NCBI GenBank assembly: GCA_963664305.2 | Contig: CAXXLV010000001.1 | Location: 352,001-416,000 of the forward strand | Origin: an uncultured Aliarcobacter sp. | GTDB taxonomy: Bacteria > Campylobacterota > Campylobacteria > Campylobacterales > Arcobacteraceae | Length of the DNA stretch: 64,000 bases | Direction: 5' to 3' | Shown here: piece after piece, positions 53,325 through 63,339 of the stretch | How positions within the stretch are numbered: the stretch's first letter is position 1 | Layout: the number at the start of each line of letters is the position of its first letter | Position numbers and translations under genes: made by a program | The notes under the pieces: model-generated | What the model was told of the DNA's origin: nothing | Database searches by the model: none | What the model saw: only the letters and a program-made list of their open reading frames with translations

Positions 53325-53825
53325 ATGTCTAAAGAAACAAATAGACGAGATTTTATTGGTTACTCATTTGCTGCAGTTGCTGCAGTTGGTGGTGCCGCGT
53401 CGCTTGTTGGTATGAAGCAAGTTTGGGATCCACTTCCAAGCGTACTTGCTGGTGGATTTACAACTGTTGACCTTACTACACTAAAAGCTGGTGAGCCAGA
53501 AACATTTGTGTGGAGAGGAAAACCTGTTTTCGTACTTAAAAAAACTGCTGAAATGGAACAATCTCCAAGAGATTTACACATTGGTGAAGATAGATTTATT
53601 GTTGCAATTGGTCTTTGTACTCACTTAGGTTGTATTCCAGCATGGAAAAAAGATACGTGGAAATGTGCATGTCATGGGGGAGAGTATAACTCTAGTGCAA
53701 AACAAACTTTTGGACCACCACCAAGACCACTTGATTTACCACCATTCAGTGTAAAAGGATCTACTATCGTTTTAGGTGAAGAAGGTCCAGAATACAAAAC
53801 TATCGCTGAAACACTAAAAGCTTAA
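53325..53825 (+). CDS. petA: Cytochrome bc1 Rieske Fe-S subunit
   Basis: Tat motif NRRDF; CTHLGC and CACHG. Confidence 0.95.
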   Translation: MSKETNRRDFIGYSFAAVAAVGGAASLVGMKQVWDPLPSVLAGGFTTVDLTTLKAGEPETFVWRGKPVFVLKKTAEMEQSPRDLHIGEDRFIVAIGLCTHLGCIPAWKKDTWKCACHGGEYNSSAKQTFGPPPRPLDLPPFSVKGSTIVLGEEGPEYKTIAETLKA

Positions 53826-53835
53826 GGAGTTATGA

Positions 53836-55086
53836 ATGGCAAAATTTGAAAAAGCTAACTCTGTTGGTGAATGGTTAGATCAAAGATTAAATCTAACAAC
53901 ATTCAACAAAGTTATGATGACTGAATATTGGATTCCAAAAGATATTAACTTCTTATGGGCAATGGGTGTATTATTAGCTACTACTTTTGGTATCTTAGTA
54001 ATCTCTGGTTTATTCTTAATGATGTATTACAAACCTGATGTTAATTTAGCATTTGATTCTGTTAACTATACAATTATGCAAGAAGTTGCATTTGGTTGGT
54101 TATTTAGACATATGCATGGTGTTGCAGCTTCTGTTGTTTTCTTAATCATTTATATTCACATGTTTACAGGTATCTACTATGGTTCTTATAAACAAGGTAG
54201 AGAAATGATTTGGATTTCAGGTATGTTATTATTTATGACATTCTCTGCTGCTGGATTCTCAGGATATATGTTACCATGGGGACAAATGTCTTACTGGGCT
54301 GCAATGGTTATTACTAACTTATTTGGTGGAGTTCCTGTTATTGGAGATGCACTTGTTGTTTGGATTAGAGGTGACTTTAACGTTGCTGATGCTACATTAA
54401 CAAGATTCTTTATGTTACACGTATTCTTATTACCTATTACAATCATGGGAATTATTGGTTTACACTTCTATACTTTAAGAATTCCTCACGTTAACAATCA
54501 ATCATCAGATGAATTTGATTTTGATGCTGAAGCTGAAAAATATTTATCAGGAAATAAAAAAGAATCAAAAGTTATTCCTTTCTGGCCAATCTTTATTTCT
54601 AAAGATTTAGCTGTTCTTGGTATTTTCTTAATTTTCTATTTCTACTTAGTATTCTTCCATTATAACTTTGCAATGGATCCAGTTAACTTTGACCCAGCAG
54701 ATAACATGGTTACACCTGCACACATTTATCCAGAGTGGTATTTCTTATGGTCATATGAAGTATTAAGAGGATTCTTCTTTGATATTGCTGGATTTAAAGC
54801 ATTTGATATTGGATTAGTTGCATTTGCATTCGCTAATGCTATTTTCTTAGTATTACCATGGTTAGATAGAGATCCAAAAATTTTACCAGCACACAAAAGA
54901 CCTGCGTTCTTTGTTTGGTTCTGGATTTTAATGGTAGATTTAATTGTATTAACTGTGTATGGTAAATTACCTCCAACAGGTACAAATGCATGGGTTGGAT
55001 TCTTTGCAGCAGTAGCATTTATATTATTATTTGTTGTATTACCAATCGTAACAAAAATTGATGCTAAGAAAAGGGGTTCACTATGA
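53836..55086 (+). CDS. petB: Cytochrome b
   Basis: RHMH, GYMLPWGQMSYW, TRFFMLH and PEWY. Confidence 0.97.
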   Translation: MAKFEKANSVGEWLDQRLNLTTFNKVMMTEYWIPKDINFLWAMGVLLATTFGILVISGLFLMMYYKPDVNLAFDSVNYTIMQEVAFGWLFRHMHGVAASVVFLIIYIHMFTGIYYGSYKQGREMIWISGMLLFMTFSAAGFSGYMLPWGQMSYWAAMVITNLFGGVPVIGDALVVWIRGDFNVADATLTRFFMLHVFLLPITIMGIIGLHFYTLRIPHVNNQSSDEFDFDAEAEKYLSGNKKESKVIPFWPIFISKDLAVLGIFLIFYFYLVFFHYNFAMDPVNFDPADNMVTPAHIYPEWYFLWSYEVLRGFFFDIAGFKAFDIGLVAFAFANAIFLVLPWLDRDPKILPAHKRPAFFVWFWILMVDLIVLTVYGKLPPTGTNAWVGFFAAVAFILLFVVLPIVTKIDAKKRGSL

Positions 55087-55967
55087 GAGAATTAAAAATT
55101 TTAGCAGTAGTAGTAGTTTTAACACTAGTTACTTACTGGGGAGTTGAGCCTTATGCTCACTCAGTTATGCATCCTCATGTTGCTCCAGCTGATTTTGCTT
55201 TCTCTGATACAAAAGAAGATGTTGCAGATGTAAAAGGTTTAGCTGGTGATGCAGCTAATGGAGAAGTTTTAGTTACTTCAAATTGTACTGCTTGTCACTC
55301 AATTGAATCTAAAGGTTTTCCAAAAGTTATGGATAATGCAAGTGCTGCATCTGCATATGGTGTAACACCTCCAGATTTAGGAAGTGCTGGAAAACTTTAT
55401 AATGCTGATTATTTAGCTTCATTTATTAAAGATCCTGCAAAAGCATCTAAAACTGCACACAAATATGTTGATGGAAAAGTTCATCCAATGCCTCAATTCA
55501 ACTGGATGCAACCTCAAGAAATTGCAGATATGGTCGCATATTTACAATCTATTGCTCCTAAAGAAATGACAAATAAAGAAGTATTCACTGATGCTTGTCA
55601 AAGATGTCACTCTATTAAATATGCTGATATGAAAGGTGGATCAATGGCTGCATTTACTCCACATGATGATATCAAACATTATATGGGTAAATTACCTCCA
55701 GATTTATCACAAATGATTAGATCAAGAGGTCATCATTATTTAGAAACATTTGTTAATGATCCACAAAAACTTTTAGAAGGTACTGCGATGCCAAGAGTTG
55801 GATTAACAGAAGAATCTCAAGCTCAAGTTGTTGCATACTTAGAAGAAGTTGGTGATTCTAAAAAAGCTCAAAGAGAAGAGTTAGGTCCTAAATTCTTAAT
55901 TTATTTAGTGATTTTTGCAATCTTTGCTTTCTTATGGAAATCAAGTAAATGGAGAGATGTTCACTAA
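55083..55967 (+). CDS. petC: Cytochrome c1 (diheme)
   Basis: Two CxxCH motifs (CTACH, CQRCH), two PPDL motifs and a C-terminal TM anchor. Confidence 0.93.
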   Translation: MRELKILAVVVVLTLVTYWGVEPYAHSVMHPHVAPADFAFSDTKEDVADVKGLAGDAANGEVLVTSNCTACHSIESKGFPKVMDNASAASAYGVTPPDLGSAGKLYNADYLASFIKDPAKASKTAHKYVDGKVHPMPQFNWMQPQEIADMVAYLQSIAPKEMTNKEVFTDACQRCHSIKYADMKGGSMAAFTPHDDIKHYMGKLPPDLSQMIRSRGHHYLETFVNDPQKLLEGTAMPRVGLTEESQAQVVAYLEEVGDSKKAQREELGPKFLIYLVIFAIFAFLWKSSKWRDVH

Positions 55968-55996
55968 GAACATCTCTTTTTAAAACAGGAGAACAA

Positions 55997-56392
55997 ATGA
56001 AATTATTAAAAATTTTAGTAGCATCAACTTTATTAGTAGCTACTGCAAATGCAAATGATGTAATGCAAAAATCTATGTCTAACATGGAAAAAGGTATGAC
56101 TCAAATTCAACAAGGTTTTTTAAACAACAACTTAAATGCAATTAAAGATGGTGTTAAACTTGTAAAAGAAGGTAATGCTTTATTTTCTGATGCAAAAGTT
56201 ATAGCTTCTTATTTACCAGACAATAAAAAACATATGGTAAATGTTGCTGAAAATGCTTCAAAAAGAATTGCTTTAGATATTAATGTATTAGAACTAAATT
56301 TAGATAACAAAGCTTATGTAAATGCTGCTAATGCATATTCTGACATGTTAAATGCATGTTCAAGCTGTCACTCAATCGTAAGAAATTGGTAA
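55997..56392 (+). CDS. Periplasmic class II cytochrome c (cytochrome c'-like); start ATG 55997
   Basis: AGGAG RBS, signal peptide, helical body and C-terminal CSSCH. Confidence 0.8.
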   Translation: MKLLKILVASTLLVATANANDVMQKSMSNMEKGMTQIQQGFLNNNLNAIKDGVKLVKEGNALFSDAKVIASYLPDNKKHMVNVAENASKRIALDINVLELNLDNKAYVNAANAYSDMLNACSSCHSIVRNW

Positions 56393-56400
56393 TAGTATTT

Positions 56401-56426
56401 ATAAAAGAGGAGTTTTTCTCTTTTAT
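56401..56426. terminator. Bidirectional terminator-like hairpin
   Basis: ATAAAAGAGGA...TTCTCTTTTAT between convergent genes. Confidence 0.55.
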
Positions 56427-57094
56427 AAAATAATTTTAGAACTTGCTGCAATTATTGCAGTTTCACTTCGTAGTATTAAATTAGATTCAAATCCAACAAC
56501 TAAATTTTCATTAAATTTTTCTCTCTCTTTTTGTGAAAAACCACCTTCACAACCAATAACTAAAGTTTTAATATTATCTTTCTTTTCATCAATAGAAGTT
56601 GTAGAAAAGTCTAAGAAATATGCATCAATATGATTTTTCATAAACTCTCCTAAATTTTTTGAAATATCTAATTTTATAATATCTGAACGTCCACATTGAG
56701 ATGATGAATTTACAAGAATTTTTTCTAATTTCTCAATATTAATTTTAAAATTCTTTTGAGAATAATCACTATATATAAAAGTTATCTTATCAACACCCAT
56801 TTCATTTAATGATGGAATATATTTTTCTATTGTTTTAGGATCAACAACACACCAACCAAGATGTAATTTTTTGTCATTTCCTAAAACTTTTTTTTCACTT
56901 GAAATAAGATTTAATATTGCTTTTTTCTTATCTATTAAACCTATTTTATATAAATAAATATTTTCATCTTTCAAATTTCTAAAATAAATTTCATCTGATA
57001 TTTTATGTCGTCTTGCTTTTATTAAATAATTATAAACTTCATCTTTTATTTCTAGGATTTCATTTCCACAAAATTCATCATATGTAAATTGCAT
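56423..57094 (-). CDS. rsmE: 16S rRNA m3U1498 methyltransferase
   Basis: EMGV, QCGR, IGCEGGFS and LILRSETA. Confidence 0.88.
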   Translation of the reverse strand: MQFTYDEFCGNEILEIKDEVYNYLIKARRHKISDEIYFRNLKDENIYLYKIGLIDKKKAILNLISSEKKVLGNDKKLHLGWCVVDPKTIEKYIPSLNEMGVDKITFIYSDYSQKNFKINIEKLEKILVNSSSQCGRSDIIKLDISKNLGEFMKNHIDAYFLDFSTTSIDEKKDNIKTLVIGCEGGFSQKEREKFNENLVVGFESNLILRSETAIIAASSKIIL

Positions 57095-57498
57095 TAAAAT
57101 ACCTTACTTATAATATAAACTACAACTATTACTGATATTTCTATAGTATAAATCTTTTTTGCATATCTTAAAAATTCATTTTGCAGTTCTATTTGGTCAT
57201 GTTTAATAACTCTCATTTTTTTATATCTTTTTATTTCAATTACTAATAAAAAAATTGAAGCAGGAATCATTAAAGCAATCGTTGGACTAAATTCTTGTGC
57301 ATAAAAAGCAACAATTGTTCCAGTATAAATAACTATAGCATTTGTTAAATGATATAAAGGTGTCATAAATTTTAATCTTTTTGCTAATACTAAAAAGTCT
57401 TTTTCTTTTGTCACTGAATATAAATTAAATAACATTATTCCTAAGAAAAAATATATTGTATATACGTGTGTCTGAATTGCACTTTGCATTAATTCCAT
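57094..57498 (-). CDS. Hypothetical membrane protein (about 4 TM segments)
   Basis: Hydrophobic segments; coupled to rsmE; GTGAG RBS-like sequence. Confidence 0.7.
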   Translation of the reverse strand: MELMQSAIQTHVYTIYFFLGIMLFNLYSVTKEKDFLVLAKRLKFMTPLYHLTNAIVIYTGTIVAFYAQEFSPTIALMIPASIFLLVIEIKRYKKMRVIKHDQIELQNEFLRYAKKIYTIEISVIVVVYIISKVF

Positions 57499-57580
57499 AT
57501 CTGTTTATCTCACTTTTAAAAAATTTTGGTATTATATCTAACTTGTCATAAGTTTTTATTTTAACTAAAAAAGGGATAAT

Positions 57581-58804
57581 ATGGCTATTTCAGTTGATAC
57601 TGCATTAGAAATCATTACAAATATAAAAACAAATTTAAAATATGAAATTCTACCAATTGAAAATTGTCTAAATAGAATATGTGCTAAAGAAATAGTAGCT
57701 AATAGTTTTTTACCTAAATTTGATAACTCTGCAATGGATGGATATGCGATTATTTTTGAAGATAAAGATGAAGAACTAAAAGTAATAGATACAATTTTTG
57801 CAGGTGATAATAATACAAAACTTTTAGAAAAAAATAGTTGTATTAAAATAATGACTGGTGCTAGAATTCCTCAAAATGCAACAGCAATTATTCCCAAAGA
57901 AGATACAGAAGAACTAAATGACAATAAAATAAAAATTTTACAAAAAGTTAATAAATTTCAACATATCAGATATATTGGTGAAGATATAAAAAAAGATGAA
58001 ATTCTTATAGAAATGGGAGAAGAGATAAATTTCTCAAAAATCACTCTTCTAGCAAGTCAAGGAATTTCACATATAAAAGTTTTCAAAAAACCTAAAATCG
58101 TAGTTTTTGCAAGTGGTGAAGAGTTAAAGCTTCATTATGAAAAAATTGAAGATTATCAAATCTATAATTCAAATACACCTACATTTTTAGCAAGAGCAAA
58201 AGAATTAGGTTGCGATGTTACATTTATAGGACAATCAAAAGATAGTATAAGTGCAATTAAAGAACTTATTTTAAATTCTACAGATGCTGATTTAATTATA
58301 ACATCTGGCGGTGTTTCAGTAGGTGATGCTGATTTTACAAAAGATGCTTTTAAAGAATTCAATTTTGAAACAATTTTTGAAGGTATCCAAGTAAAACCTG
58401 GAAAACCAACTATGTTTGGTAAAATAGAAAATTCTTATATATTAAATCTTCCAGGAAATCCACTTGCATCAGCTTTAATATTTGAACTATTTGGAAGAAT
58501 TTTAATTCAAAAACTCATAGGTTCAAAAAATATTTTTCACAATTTTATTTATGGAAAAATGAAAGAAGATTTCAAAACAAAAAAAGGAAAGATTACAATT
58601 ATTCCAGGTGATTTTAATGGAGAATACTTTGATATTTCACAAAAAAGATCTCCAGGAATGGTATCAACACTTGGTTCTTGTAACTCTATGATTGTAATTA
58701 CTGACAAAGTTGAAAATATAAATAAAGATGATTTTATAAAAATACTACCAATTAACTGGAAATTTTTTAGCAATATTAATAAGGATTTTTTTACACATGA
58801 ATAA
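57581..58804 (+). CDS. moeA: Molybdopterin molybdenumtransferase
   Basis: [38 protein letters not shown] and LPGNP. Confidence 0.93.
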   Translation: MAISVDTALEIITNIKTNLKYEILPIENCLNRICAKEIVANSFLPKFDNSAMDGYAIIFEDKDEELKVIDTIFAGDNNTKLLEKNSCIKIMTGARIPQNATAIIPKEDTEELNDNKIKILQKVNKFQHIRYIGEDIKKDEILIEMGEEINFSKITLLASQGISHIKVFKKPKIVVFASGEELKLHYEKIEDYQIYNSNTPTFLARAKELGCDVTFIGQSKDSISAIKELILNSTDADLIITSGGVSVGDADFTKDAFKEFNFETIFEGIQVKPGKPTMFGKIENSYILNLPGNPLASALIFELFGRILIQKLIGSKNIFHNFIYGKMKEDFKTKKGKITIIPGDFNGEYFDISQKRSPGMVSTLGSCNSMIVITDKVENINKDDFIKILPINWKFFSNINKDFFTHE

Positions 58805-59477
58805 TTCAACAAAAAAAGCTATATGTATTTTAAGTGGAGGGATGGACTCGACTTTAGCATCATACATAGCAAAAAATGATGGATATGAAATTATTGCTGT
58901 TCATTTTAATTATGGACAAAGAACACAAGATAGAGAATTAAAAGCATTTAGAGATATTTGTGAAGATTTAAAGATTTTAGAAAAATATGAAATTGATATT
59001 CCTTTTTTCACACAAATTGGAGCAAGTGCACTAACAGATAAAAGTATTGATGTTCCAACAGGAGGTATTGAAGCTGGAGTTCCAATAACTTATGTACCAT
59101 TTAGAAATGGTATTTTTCTGTCTATTACTGCAGCAATTGCAGAAAAAGAAGGTGCAACAGCAATGTATATTGGAGTTGTTCAAGAGGATAGTTCTGGTTA
59201 TCCAGATTGTACAGATGAGTTTATAGATAAAATGAAAAAAGCTATAAATCAAGGAACAAAAGAATCAACTTGTATTGACATTATTACACCTTTAGTTCAT
59301 CTGACAAAAGCCCAAATTGTTCAAGAAGCAATAAAACTGAATGTTCCTCTTGAACATACATGGTCATGTTATAAAGAAGAAAATGAAGCTTGTGGAGTTT
59401 GTGATTCGTGTAGATTAAGACTTAATGGTTTTAAAATTGCAGGTGTTAAAGACCCTATTTCTTATAAGGCTTCATAA
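58797..59477 (+). CDS. queC: 7-cyano-7-deazaguanine synthase
   Basis: SGGMDST, NYGQR, YVPFRN, YPDC and TWSCY...CGVCDSC. Confidence 0.95.
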   Translation: MNNSTKKAICILSGGMDSTLASYIAKNDGYEIIAVHFNYGQRTQDRELKAFRDICEDLKILEKYEIDIPFFTQIGASALTDKSIDVPTGGIEAGVPITYVPFRNGIFLSITAAIAEKEGATAMYIGVVQEDSSGYPDCTDEFIDKMKKAINQGTKESTCIDIITPLVHLTKAQIVQEAIKLNVPLEHTWSCYKEENEACGVCDSCRLRLNGFKIAGVKDPISYKAS

Positions 59478-60010
59478 TGCATTGGAAAATATCAAAAGAG
59501 TTTGAATTTTGTTATGGGCACAGAGTTTGGTCACAAACATTAAATACAGAATTTTCACTTGATGGTTGTTTAAAATGTAGACATTTACATGGACATCAAG
59601 GAAAAATATTAGTTTATCTTGAAGCAAATGAGTTAAAAGATGGAATGGTAACAGACTTTAAACATCTAAATTGGTTTAAACAATTCATTGATGATGTACT
59701 TGACCATAAATTTATTTTAGATATTAATGATCCACTTTTTAATACCCTACTTCCTCATATTAGTAAAGACGAACTAATCAAATTTGAAGAGAACTATTAT
59801 TTAGTAGACTTAACAAAATTCAAAGATGATGAAATTCATATAAAAGAGTTATACGAAGGTTATGTTTTAGTAGATTTTGTTCCAACAAGTGAAAATTTAT
59901 CAGCTTGGTTTTTAAAAATTGTTCAAAAAAAGATGGATAAACTAAATATAAAAGTTTCACATGTTGAATTTTTAGAAACTCCAAAAAGTAAAAGTACTTT
60001 TTATGCTTGA
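59477..60010 (+). CDS. queD: 6-carboxytetrahydropterin synthase
   Basis: CRHLHGH, GMVTDF, LDHK, PTSENL and ETPK; lies between queC and queE. Confidence 0.9.
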   Translation: MHWKISKEFEFCYGHRVWSQTLNTEFSLDGCLKCRHLHGHQGKILVYLEANELKDGMVTDFKHLNWFKQFIDDVLDHKFILDINDPLFNTLLPHISKDELIKFEENYYLVDLTKFKDDEIHIKELYEGYVLVDFVPTSENLSAWFLKIVQKKMDKLNIKVSHVEFLETPKSKSTFYA

Positions 60011-60767
60011 AATAAATGAAATATTTGGTCCTACAATCCAAGGTGAAGGAAAGCTTGTAGGAACTCCTTCAATTTTTATTAGATTTGGAAAATGCAATTT
60101 TAAATGTGAAGGTTTTCAAGTTGAATATGAAACACCCAGTGGAATTAAAAAATGTGCTTGTGATTCATATTTTGCTGTTGATACTGAATTCAAAGATACA
60201 TGGACAAAATATAAATCTTATGATGAAATAGTAAAAGAAGTAGATGATTTATTATCAAGCTATCCAAATAATTATAAGATTGATATAGTAATAACTGGTG
60301 GTGAACCTTTATTGTATTGGAATAAAATTGAATTTCAAAAACTATTAGAACATTATATCAATGATGGACATAAGGTAACTATTGAAACTAATGCTTCTTT
60401 AAATCTAAATTTTGAATTTGATTATCAAAAAAATATTTTATTTTCAATGAGTGTAAAACTAAGCAATTCTTTGGAACCATTAAAAAAGAGAATAAATAAA
60501 GAAACCCTAACAAAAATTTTGACAAATACAAAAGAGTCTTATTTAAAATTTGTAATTGGAAAAGATTTTTTAGAAAATGCAAATGAAGAAATAAATGAAA
60601 TTTTAAAAGATATCCCAAAATGTGAAGTTTATCTTATGCCTCTTGGAGATACAGCAGATGAAATCAATAAAAATTGTGAAGATGTGATTAATATGGCAAT
60701 AAAAAATGGTTTTAAATATTGTGATAGATTACATATAAGAGTGTGGAACAACAAAAGAGGCGTTTAA
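60003..60767 (+). CDS. queE: 7-carboxy-7-deazaguanine synthase (radical SAM)
   Basis: EIFGPTIQGEG, FIRF..CNFKC...CD, ITGGEPL, IETN and RLH. Confidence 0.9.
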   Translation: MLEINEIFGPTIQGEGKLVGTPSIFIRFGKCNFKCEGFQVEYETPSGIKKCACDSYFAVDTEFKDTWTKYKSYDEIVKEVDDLLSSYPNNYKIDIVITGGEPLLYWNKIEFQKLLEHYINDGHKVTIETNASLNLNFEFDYQKNILFSMSVKLSNSLEPLKKRINKETLTKILTNTKESYLKFVIGKDFLENANEEINEILKDIPKCEVYLMPLGDTADEINKNCEDVINMAIKNGFKYCDRLHIRVWNNKRGV

Positions 60768-60838
60768 ATATAGTCAAATACATTATTTATAAAAGTGTTG
60801 CTATAATATACAATTAATGTAAATTAAAAAGGAAAAAA

Positions 60839-61582
60839 ATGAAATTTTCAGGTTCTAATGTATTAGTTACAGGTGCAAGTAGAGGAATTGGTGCAGAAAT
60901 TGCAAAAACACTTGCAAATTTTGGACTAAAAGTTTGGATAAATTATAGAAGTGGAGCTGAAGCAGCTGAAGCTATCAAAGAAGAAATTGAAAAGGCTGGA
61001 GGAATTGCTGCTATCATCAAAGCTGATGTAACAAATGAAGAAGAATTTTCAAATGCAATTAAAACAATAGTAGATGCTGATGGAGAATTATCTTATTTAG
61101 TTAATAATGCAGGTATTACAAAAGATAAATTAGCATTAAGAATGAGTGTTGCTGATTTTAATGATGTTATTAATGCAAATTTAACTTCTGCATTTATTGG
61201 ATGTAGAGAATCTTTAAAAGTTATGGGTAAAAAAAGATTTGGTTCAGTTGTTAATATTTCTTCAATTGTTGGAGAAATGGGAAATCCTGGTCAAACTAAT
61301 TATTCAGCTTCAAAAGGTGGATTAAATGCGATGACTAAATCTTTTGCAAAAGAGGCAGCATCAAGAGGTATCAGATATAATGCTGTTACTCCAGGATTTA
61401 TCCAAACTGATATGACTCATGAATTAAAAGAAGAAGTTAAAGCAGAATATGAAAAGAATATTCCTCTTTCAAGATTTGGAAAGCCTAGTGAAATCGCTGA
61501 TGCAGTGGCATTTTTATTAAGTGATCATGCATCATATATTACTGGTGAAATATTAAAAGTTAACGGTGGACTATACGTTTAA
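60839..61582 (+). CDS. fabG: 3-oxoacyl-ACP reductase
   Basis: TGASRGIG, NNAGITKD, YSASK and PGFIQTDMT. Confidence 0.95.
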   Translation: MKFSGSNVLVTGASRGIGAEIAKTLANFGLKVWINYRSGAEAAEAIKEEIEKAGGIAAIIKADVTNEEEFSNAIKTIVDADGELSYLVNNAGITKDKLALRMSVADFNDVINANLTSAFIGCRESLKVMGKKRFGSVVNISSIVGEMGNPGQTNYSASKGGLNAMTKSFAKEAASRGIRYNAVTPGFIQTDMTHELKEEVKAEYEKNIPLSRFGKPSEIADAVAFLLSDHASYITGEILKVNGGLYV

Positions 61583-61675
61583 TATAGTCTTAAAAAGTTT
61601 AAATATATAATTTAAAAGAGTTTTTAAAAACTTTTTTGGTATAATACAAAGATAATTTTATAAAAGGAAATAAAT

Positions 61676-61906
61676 ATGGCATTATTAGATGATGTAAAAG
61701 CAGTAGTTGTTGAGCAATTAGATTGTGATCCAGCAGAAGTAAAAGAAGATTCAAAATTCATTGAAGATTTAGGTGCTGATTCACTAGATGTAGTTGAACT
61801 TGTAATGGCTTTAGAAGAGAAATTTGACATTGAAATCCCTGATGAAGATGCTGAAAAAATCTTAACTGTTGCTGATGCTATAAAATACATCGAAAATAAC
61901 GCGTAA
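61676..61906 (+). CDS. acpP: Acyl carrier protein
   Basis: [18 protein letters not shown]. Confidence 0.97.
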   Translation: MALLDDVKAVVVEQLDCDPAEVKEDSKFIEDLGADSLDVVELVMALEEKFDIEIPDEDAEKILTVADAIKYIENNA

Positions 61907-62015
61907 TTTATACGCTGTAAATAGAAGAGAAAATCTTCTATTTATATATTTAAACTATTGAGTTTTTTGTAAAAAAAATTGAATAATTCAAATAATTAAC
62001 ATGGAGCATATTTAA

Positions 62016-63275
62016 ATGAGAAGAGTTGTTGTAACAGGTATAGGTACTATAAATTCTACAGGGCATAACGTAAAAGATTCTTTTGAAGCTGTTGTGAATG
62101 GGGTTTGTGGTATTGATACTATAACACTATTTGATGCAAGTGATTTTTCAGTACAAATTGCTGGAGAAGTAAAAGATTTTGATCCAACTACAGTAATGGA
62201 TAAAAAAGAAGTAAAAAAAGCAGATAGATTTATTCAATTAGGTATTAAAGCTGCACTTGAAGCAATGGTTGATTCTGGATACGTAACAGAAGAAAATAAA
62301 AAAGTTGATGCATCAATTGCTGATAGATTTGGAATTATTTCAGGTTCAGGAATTGGTGGTTTATCAACTATTGAAAAGAACTCTGTAGTTTGTGAAACAA
62401 AAGGGTCAAGAAAAATTTCACCATTTTTTATTCCTTCATCTTTAGCAAATATGTTAAGTGGATTTATTTCAATTGAACATAATTTAAAAGGTCCATCATT
62501 ATCTCATGTAACAGCTTGTGCTGCATCAACTCATGCTTTAAATGATGCTGTAAAAACTATTATGTTAAATGGTGCAGATAGAGTTCTTGTTGTAGGAGCT
62601 GAATCAGCTGTTTGTGGAGCTGGTGTAGGTGGATTTGCAGCGATGAAAGCATTATCAACAAGAAATGATGATCCTAAAAAATCTTCTAGACCATTTGATA
62701 TGGATAGAGATGGTTTCGTTATGGGTGAAGGTGCAGGAGCACTTGTAGTTGAAGATTTAGAGTTAGCTTTAGCAAGAGGTGCTAAAATTTACTGTGAAAT
62801 CATTGGATTTGGTGAATCAGGTGATGCAAATCATATCACATCTCCAGTTACAGATGGTCCATTAAGAGCTATGAAAGCAGCATTTGAAATGGCTAAAAAT
62901 ATAACTGGAGAATATCCAAAAATTGATTATATCAATACACATGGTACTTCTACTCCTGTTGGAGATAAAAATGAAACTGCTGCAATTAAAGAAGCATTTG
63001 GTGGAAAAGAAAATTGTCCTCCAGTATCTTCAACAAAAGGACAAATTGGTCATTGTTTAGGAGCAGCTGGTGCAATTGAAGCTATTATGGCAATAAAAGC
63101 ATTAGAAGAAGGAATTATTCCTCCAACAATTAATGTAGAAAATCAAGACCCAGATTGTGACTTAGATGTTGTTCCAAATGTTGCAAGAAAAGCTGAATTA
63201 ACAACTGTAATGAGTAATAATTTTGGTTTTGGTGGAACAAACGGTTCTGTTATTTTTAAGAAATACATTAAATAA
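62016..63275 (+). CDS. fabF: Beta-ketoacyl-ACP synthase II
   Basis: RRVVVTG, TACAAS, HGTSTP.GD, GHCLGAAG and NFGFGGTN. Confidence 0.95.
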   Translation: MRRVVVTGIGTINSTGHNVKDSFEAVVNGVCGIDTITLFDASDFSVQIAGEVKDFDPTTVMDKKEVKKADRFIQLGIKAALEAMVDSGYVTEENKKVDASIADRFGIISGSGIGGLSTIEKNSVVCETKGSRKISPFFIPSSLANMLSGFISIEHNLKGPSLSHVTACAASTHALNDAVKTIMLNGADRVLVVGAESAVCGAGVGGFAAMKALSTRNDDPKKSSRPFDMDRDGFVMGEGAGALVVEDLELALARGAKIYCEIIGFGESGDANHITSPVTDGPLRAMKAAFEMAKNITGEYPKIDYINTHGTSTPVGDKNETAAIKEAFGGKENCPPVSSTKGQIGHCLGAAGAIEAIMAIKALEEGIIPPTINVENQDPDCDLDVVPNVARKAELTTVMSNNFGFGGTNGSVIFKKYIK

Positions 63276-63295
63276 TTTAAAATAAACCTAACAAC

Positions 63296-63328
63296 AAAAG
63301 AGCTAATAATCTTAGCTCTTTTTTTTTT
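63296..63328 (+). terminator. Intrinsic terminator-like hairpin between fabF and accA
   Basis: AAAAGAGCTAA-taatc-TTAGCTC followed by T10. Confidence 0.75.
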
Positions 63329-63339
63329 AAGGAAAAACT

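Noticed and set aside
58797..60767. queCDE as part of a 7-deazaguanine DNA-modification (dpd) defence island
   Set aside because: There is no dpdA/tgt-like or other dpd gene nearby, and the context (moeA, fabG) is housekeeping queuosine synthesis.
60839..63275. fabG-acpP-fabF as a type II polyketide cluster with the SnoaL and PhyH genes
   Set aside because: This is the canonical fatty-acid synthesis order with accA, and the SnoaL/PhyH genes are more than 35 kb away.
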